From contig OZ059899.1 of assembly GCA_964057225.1 (NCBI GenBank), positions 5,208,001 to 5,272,000 of the forward strand: a stretch of 64,000 nt of DNA, written 5' to 3'. A program made the translations under genes and the position numbers. This document shows positions 53,602 to 64,000 of the stretch, piece after piece (position 1 is the stretch's first letter; every line of letters starts with the position of its first letter). Source of the DNA: Auanema rhodensis. Taxonomy: Eukaryota > Animalia > Nematoda. The notes beneath the pieces were generated by a model, which did not search any database, was not told the origin of the DNA, and saw only the letters and a program-made list of their open reading frames with translations.

Positions 53602-55213
53602 TTAATCTAAAGATGTTTCAGTATTTTCTACAACTATAACCCGCTTTGGAGAACGATCAGCAAAATGGAAGACATCAAATATAACTTCAATTACAATTAA
53701 AATTATGATCATCCATTCTAGAGTGGAAGCCTGAAGGAAGCATACTTGCATATATGTTTAAAAAAAGTATACTTACATGACGCAAGGCTAGAACATTGTC
53801 AACCATTTGAACCAAACCTTCACAATAATCTAATCTGTTATTAAGTAATCTAAAAAAACGAACCATAAAGATAAATCATTGAAAAGATAAACTTACGTCA
53901 AACGTTTATTCAAAGTAAAATGCCGAGCACTCAAAGTATAGAATCTTTCTATTTCACTTCTTTCCCAATAGAAATCCCTGTTAAGGAGATCACAATCCAA
54001 GTTGATGGAATGCCTGAAAATAAAGTTGTTAAATAAACCTAACAACAGCTCTAACCTTAAAGCAGCAAATTCACCAGATTTCATTAAAGCCTCTCGCCTG
54101 GACCAAGGAATACGCCCTTCTTTTAGAGACTAAATAGAACCTAATTTCAAAACGTAACAAATAAAAAGAGACCTTTGTGGTATCAGCTAAAGGTTCCGAT
54201 AGCTCATTAAGTAGACATTCCCAAACACCAATTTTAACTAAAACGTTAGCAATAAACTATTTTCAAAAAAATTAATCGAACCTGAAGCAGCAAAGCCCTG
54301 GCTCAAGGCAAACCTTTCTAAAATAGCATCGTATGATCTATGGTTTTTTCCATGTTTCTCCTCATTTAACACAAATCTATCCTGCTTTATGCTGTTTTCT
54401 CTGAAATAAACGTGGACATTTTGTTATAAAGTTTTTACCCACTCTTGAGAGATACCGAAAGGCATTCGATCTTGTTCTTCTAGTACAATTCGAGATTCGT
54501 ATGAGCCATTTATGAATTTTTCTAGATCTCTCATTAATTGTACTCGCTGAAATCTGAAAATATGCAAAACGTTTGTTAATCACTTTAAAAACCTGAGGTA
54601 ATTCAACATTCCAAAAAACTAGTACACCGTCAGCAAAAACATAAATTTCGCTTAGCTCTGTTGGGTTTACGGTATATTCCAATTTTTTTCCGAGATGTAA
54701 AGCATTATCAAATTCTGTAGATTAAAAATGTTAATAGTACTTATAAAAGTTTAGTGTAACCTTCATCAATATAAGAAACATTGAATAAGCTGTTAATGCT
54801 TGGGTCTTGAGATATAGCAAGCAAATCAATAGATTCTGATAAGGCAATTGAGACAACTGTCGGTTCTCTAGCCTAAATATGATAAAAATATCTGAGTCTT
54901 ATCTTAAAATTCTACCACATGAAAGAAAATGTACCGTTCTTGTTATGTTTGCAGTGAGAGGTCTTCTTTTCCGTGGAACTGGTCGGCGAATCTTTGTAAT
55001 CAAGCGCTCAAATTCTTCCATTTTTGAGTTTCCTCCCGGGATATTGAAATTAATCGAAGTGTGCAAAGCTCTGAAGCATACCTGTATTATGAAAAAGAAG
55101 CACATTAAAAGATACCTGCTCTGACGTAGCTTCGGAATTGACCGAGTAGCAGGCTGGATTAATCTTTGCCAAAAAGTGGAAGAAGAACAAGATATTAAAC
55201 TCCTCCCGAGCAT
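53602..55213 (-). CDS. RMND1/Sif2-like (DUF155) mitochondrial protein, multi-exon
   Basis: Arg/Ser-rich transit peptide; IYVFADGVLVFWN, ERFALSQGFAASVKIGVWE, LNRDFYWER, LEWMIIILIVIEV. Confidence 0.88.
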
Positions 55214-55646
55214 TGCAAAACTTGAAAATGTAAAAATTTATTTAATTAAAAATTTGAACTGGAAAAAGACTTTCAAATTTCTAAGAAATTTAAAATTCTC
55301 TGAAAAAGTTCAAGAAAGATTGAAATGATAACATCATACGTAACGATACGCAATCTTACTTTTCCCACCTTGATGTTAGAGCGGCAAGATTTAAATTGTT
55401 GTTTTTAAGCTACTCATATAGTAACAGGTTAATTATTATATGAATATTTACTGAATGCTTAGTTCCTGTTTAAATTTAATTAGTTGTTTTAAAGTTTATT
55501 GGCACATAAATCTCCTTTAACAAATTTGTGTGTGCCTACTTTTTTTTTCTTTGTAAAGTATAATCTTTTTACTATTCACATATAATAACAAAATGTTCAT
55601 TTTATGAGCTATATTTATACAAATTTCAGCTGAACTGTTTTAAAAA

Positions 55647-56619
55647 ATGACTGAAGAATTTGTACAGTACTCAGTAGATATATTTACTAAACAAATGACT
55701 TTACTTAGTAAAGCATGTTGTGATAACATGATTGATCCAGACTTTTTAGAAAGTTGTGAGTTGATGCCAGCATATAGAAATTTTGAATGTTTTTTTCAGG
55801 TCTACCTGCTCTTAAAGTAAAACTAGATAATATTCAAGAGTTGACGAATAAGTTACGATCTCTAGAAAGTGAGCAAAAACAGTTGTTGGGAAAACTGCAA
55901 AATCAAGAATTTATGAAAGAAAATGAATGCAAAAGTAGAAAAATATTAGAAGTATCTAAATTTAACGTTAAAAAATTGTTATTATCAAAATTTAGGAAGC
56001 TGGAGTGAATATTATCGAGCCAACTCTTCCTCCTGTTGTCGAACAAAAGTTGGAAGCTAAGAAAAATGGAGAGAAATCTGAGAAGCAAGAAGAACTCGAA
56101 GAAGAGACTGTAAGAATACATCAGAAGCAAAATTCTAAATTGACTTTAAGCTATTTGCGCCAATTACTCAGGAAGAATATTCTAAAGTTCCTGATTACAT
56201 GAAAGGCCGATTAACTGCAGGTATTATGAATGAGGTAAGGAATAGTTGTCTTGAAATTAATGATTTTATTGTTCAAGATTCTTGTAAAATTGGCAGAAAC
56301 ATTGGAGAAAAAGCATATGCTATCGAAAAAAAAATTATCTACTCTTAGTTTGGTTGATAAAAATTTGGTTATAAAATGGAGAGACGAAGGAAAAACTGTA
56401 AGTTTTAATTCTAAGATTATTAACTCATTAAATGTTTAGCTTGGAAAAAAAGCGGCGGAGAATCCGTTGTGGTGTTCAGAGCAAGAGTTTCGGTCGCACT
56501 TATCTGATAAATTAAAATTAGCTGTCATCAAGGGGATGCAGGTTTTACGGCATCTGAAGAGGGTAACCGAAACAAAGGTAGCGGGAAAAAATTATATTTT
56601 TGCTGTTTGTAATAAATAA
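55647..56619 (+). CDS. ska-1: Spindle and kinetochore-associated protein 1, multi-exon
   Basis: N-terminal coiled coil; C-terminal microtubule-binding motifs ITQEEYSKVPDYMKGRLT and LRHLKRV. Confidence 0.75.
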
Positions 56620-56771
56620 TTGTTAATGAGCAATATACCTACTGGTACAATAAATAATTTATTCAACGCTATAGTTACAGTAACTTTCTGGCCAATGTAA
56701 GTAGCCACTTAGGCAACGTTAAATTCAAGCTTTATATAAAATATAGTAAAATTGGTATTATACAATCAATG

Positions 56772-57932
56772 TTATTTGCATGCTAATGGCATAAAAAATT
56801 CTTCATCGTCTTCGTCGGATAAGAAGGGGGGAGAGTCAGCTAAAACAATTGTTTGAAACAATATTTCTAAAATTGTACTCTTACATGATGATACAGAGGA
56901 GGTGTCAGATATAGGGTTTCTGGAATTTTTTTGCTCTGGTAAAGAGCAATTGAGTAATCTGATTAAAACAGTTCATTAGAAATAGGAAGTCTAAAGACTT
57001 ACTTGAAAATTTCAACTCTCGCTTCAGAAAACGAAAGTTGTTGGAGCTGTTGTGTTTGTTCTTCTAAAAATAAGCAATCTGCCCAATCAACGGGAATTAA
57101 ATAGACCAACCAATTAATTTTATATCTTCTAGATCTCTTCTTTTTTGCTCTAATAATTTTTTTTTCTCCATTAAAGATTTTCTTGCTTCTATTTCCGATT
57201 GTTTTTGATTTTCAAAATCAATCATGCTAAATGTTAAAAAATAAAGTATATTTCAAAAAGATAAACCATTCTGTTTGAGCGATTGATATTCTCCAACGAT
57301 TTAAATGAAGAGTTAAATTAGAGCGTATGCTTTCGTCATATTTCTAAATAAAAAAAAATTATTTTTAAATGTTTGATCACTAAAAACCTCAGTTATACTT
57401 TTGATGTCAGATGTGTTAAACAATGAGAACTCCGATATAACATTCTCTCCAATAAAATTAAATCATTTTAAAGGCTTACCATACAATTATTTACCTATTC
57501 TTTAAAACTTCTAATGTTTTAACAACTTCCCAAGTGAATTTAGCTTTCATATCTATAGCACTTAGCTTTGAATTCAGTGAACTTATCTCTGGTTTCAATT
57601 GCTCTATTTGTTCGACAAGCTCTTTAAAAAACTAGCAATAATATATTCAGAAAATACAAAATTAAACCTTTAAATTCCTTTACTTTTTTTTTTAGAAATC
57701 GTTTTGTGGTAAGCCGTATTCGGTCTACAAGTAGCATATTTTATTGGGATCAGCAATTAAAATTCGAATAATATAGGTATATTGATAGCAGCCATAAAAA
57801 CACTCAAAACTTACTAGGATCAGCCTCCATCTGATTGAAGTCAAGCGTGCATGTCTTTTTTGGAAACCCGCGCATCCTGCTGACAGCATTTGCCACACTT
57901 GGCGAACTTTCTAGCTTAGGAGCTTTAGTCAT
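56772..57932 (-). CDS. Hypothetical coiled-coil protein with acidic C-terminus, multi-exon (internal boundaries uncertain)
   Basis: MTKAPKLESSPSVANAVSRMRG...; heptad-like exons ELVEQIEQLKPEISSLNSKLSAID and KQSEIEARKSLMEKKKLLEQKRRDLED; ends SDEDDEEFFMPLACK*; regularly spaced short introns. Confidence 0.6.
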
Positions 57933-58411
57933 AATGAGATCTAAATAATAAATGCAATATGAAAAATCAGTAACTATAAATAGAAAGAAAAATAAAGAAA
58001 TTTGAAAAATAATTGAAACAACTCCAATAATAAAACACATATGGTTAAGACAACTCGACGCTGATGTCTTCAAAATTCAATTATTACTTACTGTATTCTT
58101 CGGGACCATTAGCTTTCAAATTTGCGAAAATAAATTATGTAGAGCACGTGATATATGCGTATTATATTTTTTTATATTGTGTTTATTAGATTTTTAATTT
58201 ACATAATTATTTTTTAAATTTTAAAAAAAAATTAGGTCTTTTTTTTTAATCAGGATAATGAAAATCCTTTAGTCCGACAGTGATATGTTTCTGTCAATAT
58301 AATTCTAATATTCTTTAACAAACCTAATTCTTTACTTAAGTTCATTTTTATTGAAATACTTAGCAGATGTCTTAAAATCACTAATTTCAGAAGCTACCTT
58401 GCCAGGAATTA

Positions 58412-59537
58412 ATGTGGTCACCTACGGAAGTATTTTGGTTAGTCATTGTGTATAGAATTATCATTATTATCTCTGGTTTCTAGTGGACTATTTCCTTCTT
58501 GTAATAATTGTGGTGCATCTTTTGATATGAAACACTTTGCACCTTTCACACTTTCTTGCGCCCACACATTTTGTCAATCTTGTTTGAATAGAAATAGACA
58601 AAGACATAAAAGAAGGTATACATTAATTATTACATCTGAGAAGTCATCGCTCGTTACAGATGTTTTGCTTGTCAGAAACGATACTCATCGTCTAAACTTA
58701 ATACCAGTATAGTTGGTCAGTTTTTCAAATTTATTTTTAATCTTGAATATTATTTTTAGAAACTATCAGAAAAATTAAAGAGCGACGGGATTGGTTAGAA
58801 CAACGATCTTACAGATGTGATGAATGTGATGCCAGACGACCTCAAAATGCTCTTCGTAGATGTATTAGCTGTGAAGATCAAATTAGTGTTCATATACCTT
58901 CAGAATTTAAATTAGTTGGTTTTTGAATTTGCAAGGTTCGAAGTGGTTTGTTTCAGAGCTGTGCTATTTGTCTGGAATGTTGTGTGAAGAAACATAATGG
59001 TCACGAACTTGTTCATTGTGGTCCTGAATCTACTTCCAATTCAGTCGTAAGTCATTCAAACAGTGTGTTAGTTTCTGCAAATTCTCAACCAAATCATATC
59101 AATTAATTTTCAGGTCCGAGCCAGCCTCTCCTGATCCACGAGACTCTCTAATTAGTCATCAGGAAACCTTTTCTTCCTGGAGTGGAGAAAGATTCTTCAA
59201 TTCTAAAACTTTCCCCTTCGGTGCTCATAGGTAGATTGATTTTTTGACGTGAAATTGAACAATTCAGTTAAGAGTAGCTTATGCTGACCCAAGGCCTGTA
59301 TACTTCAATATTAATCGTTTTTCAAGTGAAGGAGTGGTGTGTGAAGAGAGTCCTGTATATAGTATGTAATTTTGTTAAGTTGTATTCATATGCGTTGTTC
59401 AAGGATTTTCTGAATCATTACCCAATGTTCCTACAACCAGGATAGTTGCCAATTTTTTTTCTCGAATAGCATCATTTGCCAGAAGACGGAATAACAAAAC
59501 TGATGACGGAGTTCTGTCCGGAAGAACATTAAAATAA
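58412..59537 (+). CDS. RING finger plus B-box-like zinc finger protein (TRIM-like), multi-exon
   Basis: CNNC...PFTLSCAHTFCQSC...CFAC RING; CDEC...CISC...ICLECCVKKHNGH B-box-like; TTTCAG acceptor upstream of ATG. Confidence 0.8.
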
Positions 59538-60829
59538 CAAAACTATCCTCAATGTTGAACCGCATAACTCGTAATCAGCTTCGAAGTCTGGGAAAAGAAA
59601 CCACGTTTTAAAATTACATTGGAATGCAAATTTAACTTTTCTAATCCTTTAATATTTATTAGTACTACAAATTAACAATACAGTATAAATTTTCAGGTAC
59701 TAATATGTCTTCGTTTCTTAATTTTATAACTATATTTTCAGTAAACTCATTTTTCCAATTTTGTGCCATAAAAGCTGATCTGTTACTGTTGTCAATTTGC
59801 AGATACAAGTGAAAGCAAGGGAAAAAGAAGATTTTTTTCTCTATTCGGCAAAGTCATTTATTCACCTCATTTTAATCAATTTTTTGCTCTGTTATATATC
59901 GTAACTTTGTTTTGCCTGTTATCCAATAACATGATAAAACCGCTGCATGGAAAATAACTCATGTAATTATAACAACTTCTGTTAAAATTATAAATAATTG
60001 TATAGAATTTTTGTGTGTTGTTAGGAATTTAATTGTCTGTCATATAACTTTTTTTACTTTTCTAGAAGTGTCCAGAAATGATAAATCTTGATTTTTTCGA
60101 TCTATGCTTCAAGGTTTGTTGCTGATTGTGAGCGTCATGCTTGTCGTAATTTATTTTTGTTGTCGTGCTTAGGAACTTGGTTGAATCTGCTGTTCCAATT
60201 TACTTGAAAGCTATCTTAAATCTCGAATTCCTCTTTTCAGGATTTTGCACAAAGCAAGGTTTATTCAGTAATCTTCTATATTGATTTGATATGAGAGTTA
60301 GCCTAACTTTTGAAGATTCTTTTTTGAATCATCCTTAACCTAAGGAATCAAATCTTTTATAGTTTATAATGAGTTTGTTATATTTCAAAGTTAGTTTCTC
60401 AGCTATACAAGACAATCATATTGGGCTTGCAAAAACATTTAAATTCAAAATTTTATTAAATCTCCATAAATTGAAATACGTTGGCGCACAGACGTTTCTA
60501 GTATATGGGAATATTTTATTTCTGTTTGTCTAAAAAATTATAAAAGAAAGCATTCCTCCTTTATCTTCGGTTTTTCTGCGTTTGAGTTAAAACTATTTGG
60601 GCGTAAGTGTATTGCTGTGATTTCTTTTTTATTGCTTCGTTTGTTTCTAAGGGTAGTTTCTTTCCAATTTTAATATTTACAAATAATTTTATTAACTTAA
60701 CGTGCTTAAAGTCTGATTATTTTAGGTCAGTAACAATTTGTAAAGCTCTTTAGAGCAAAAGATTAATTATAGGAGCAATAACAACTCGTAAACATGTTGG
60801 GTGGATGGAGGAAAATGGGAAGATGTATT

Positions 60830-61660
60830 CTAGATTAATGCATGATGCATGTCACAATCTGGCATTGTTACGCCCAAGCTGTCACGGGTTACCTGTAAAA
60901 AAGCTTGTAAATTAATCCGGCCCTACACCGAATACTCACTGTTGAAACTAATTGCCATGCTTCCGATCCACATTTCTCAACGATGACAGGATGTGAGCAT
61001 CGTAGATAACCATCCATGGCTCGGCACATTTCTGACAAATACGATTCTGTTGAAGTCTGTAAACATAATTATTTTTGCAATGATGTGTTCCAGATTTTAA
61101 AATTTTACTTTTTTACGTTGAGCTTCAGTAATTGCTTGAGTTGCCGCTATCTTACAGCTCACATAATTTGTTTCAGTCTCGACCTTAAAAGAATTTGCGA
61201 TTATCCAATACCGAATAAGTTTTACCGTTGCAAAACAAACAGCATGCTTTTCGAATAGAGGCTGCCCGGCTCCGCACATATACCCATAACTGGCATCTAC
61301 AGCGTCAACTGATAAACTATCACAATTCACATTTTTTACGCATTTCTAGGATATAAAATAACTTTCATAAATCGAAGAAATATCGAACCTGGAAATTGCT
61401 ATAGATTTTACATAGATTTCGGAAGACATCTCCTCCCTGAAGTGGAAATTGCATGGCACCTGTTTCTTCTTGAAGTTTTGTTGCATAGTGAAGCATAGGC
61501 TGCAATGAAGAAATATGAGATCGTGTTTGAAAAAGGATGGTGATTAACAACGAACCTGAAGGCATCCACTAATTTTTTTCTCATCTTCATATTCGCATTT
61601 TCCATGTTCTGTTATAGCGCTGGGAATAAACGATAATAAAATGAATGTGGTCCTCAACAT
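60830..61660 (-). CDS. Secreted Cys-rich nematode protein (DUF19/CPG4-like domain), multi-exon
   Basis: Signal peptide MLRTTFILLSFIPSAIT; regularly spaced Cys (LCKIYSNFQKCV, YGYMCG, CFATV, MCRAMDGYLRCSHPVIVEKCGSEAW). Confidence 0.75.
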
Positions 61661-63435
61661 CTTCAAATCATCGAAAACCTTCTACGTAACAAGAGCAACT
61701 GAAATTTATAAAAAAAGATATCGAAATAATAGAAAGTTTTACTATAGAGGAAGAGGAAAGATAGAACCATTGGTGCTCAGGAAATTAGAGAACCTACCAC
61801 AATAAATAAGGAAATTTGCCTATTGTTTGTGGACATTTAGCAAAACAGGGGAAGTTCCGGGGGGTGGAGGTTATATTGAAAGGATGTTTTTACTTCGTCC
61901 TTTTCAGAATTTTTCTGGTTGAGGGTATCTCTCATAAATTTTCATCAAAGTTTAAGATTTTTAAAGCAGGTCATTGAACTTGGAGTTAATTACATTTCCG
62001 TGAGTGAACGGTTTAACAAATGTGAGCAACTAAATGGATATACGCATGAAAAAATTCTACGAATCTTAGTATTCAAAACAAAAAAAATGCAAAACATGAT
62101 TTAACTTATGGTATTGCGGACATGAGAGGTCTTCAGTTTTTTTAGTTTTGTTGTTTAAAAGGAGAGACATGGAACAAGTGATATGAAAGAAGGGAGGGAG
62201 AAGTTCATGTTATAGGATAAGCTAGATAAACTAAATGCAATAGATGACAACTGAAATAGAATTGGTTATAATAGAGAGAGATGAAGGAGCGGGAAGATAG
62301 AGTATTTGGTAGATGCAGTAAATGGAATTGTTGAAAGAGAAGTCAATCGAGCACATCCGGTCGATTGCCATTTTTTCAGCTTAAAAGCATTTTCAGCGTA
62401 TAATTAGTTGTGACAGATTTAAAAATGAATTATTTTGTATTATTCTTTTTTAATGTTTCTAATTTTCTATGTCAGCAGTAAAATAATAAATTAAACAAAA
62501 GTTTTAGAAGAATGAAGAAGGTTACCACAGAAAATCGAAAAAGTAACATGAAGACAAAGAGCAAAAGATGAATTTGAAAAAATGAAAAAGAAAGAACATT
62601 TTCAGCCAAGTTGAGTTCACATTCTACATGTATGTACGGGTGTAAGCATCTGTGTGTGTCAAATGTGGCCAAGATTCTTGAAGATGACAGCAGCTACTGA
62701 AAATCAAAGCGAACAAATGCAATCAGATGGAAATTGAATCAAACGGAAGAGGCCGTCTGAGCGCACTAGTAGACGAAGACGATGGTTATTGGTGAACGAA
62801 GAAAGGATTAGAAGTCGAGAGGGCTTTTGCAATGATCATTTTCTATATAATCTTACATGCCGTTGTCTTCAACAACTTTTCATGAATATAAGGGATAAAA
62901 ATCAAAGATACGTTATGTCAAAAAAATAACTGCTTAAAAGTAGCAGATACACGCAACATGAAAGACAGAGGTGAAAAGTTCCACGAAAATGATGAACATT
63001 TATGAAATCAAATGGACTCTGTTTGCGCTAAAGAACGAAACCGAATAAGTGAATCGCCATTCAGGCTGTCGGTGGCAGGCCTACTTTAAGCATAAAAGTG
63101 TCATTGACAGATACATTAAAGCTGCTAGTGTGAGAGAAGATAGCAAGCAAGCCAACTCGATTAAGTTACAAGAGAGGATTCGTCGTCCCCCTTCCCATTT
63201 TCGAAGCAAGATATAAAACTCACTTCCTTGCTTGTTCTGTGAAGAAAAATAACTCAAAACCACTATTCACTTTCATTCTTTCAACCAATCAAAGAGATCT
63301 GCGCTAATAACAAAGTTGCTGATAAACAGGGCTACAAAAAGGGTTCAAATCATGATTAACAATAGCTTAGCGGAAAACAAAGTTAACAACATGAAATAGT
63401 GGCAACAAAGATAAATTTTATGATAACAATGTAAT

Positions 63436-64000
<565 letters not shown>

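Overview
Eukaryotic genomic DNA from an AT-rich, gene-dense, intron-rich rhabditid-type nematode. Most introns are about 45-55 nt GT-AG with TTTCAG/TTTTAG acceptors, so the ORF track shows only exon fragments. Manual splicing gives about 21 protein-coding loci: odr-4, rnf-5, rnf-121, ccdc-55, an orphan 89-aa gene with tRNA-Glu(TTC) in its first intron, a small heat-shock protein, a divergent transthyretin-like gene, aco-2, eef-1B, cua-1 (Cu-ATPase), kanadaptin, thoc-2, sma-4, ttm-1 (Zn CDF transporter with two alternative first exons), bckd-1A, RMND1-like, ska-1, a coiled-coil orphan, a RING/B-box gene, a secreted Cys-rich gene and the 3' end of eftu-2. Highlights: (1) a ~976-bp Merlin (IS1595/IS1016-like) DNA transposon with TIRs and an intron-containing, internally deleted transposase, inserted in sense orientation in a cua-1 intron; (2) a His-rich alternative first exon of ttm-1 preceded by HZA-like and GATA motifs; (3) a rearranged rnf-121/ccdc-55/rnf-5 cluster; (4) a GC-AG intron in cua-1; (5) a hairpin next to an in-frame alternative donor in odr-4; (6) several operon-like spacings. 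I found no wholly new system that the sequence supports. Gene names come from recognising protein motifs from memory, not from database searches.
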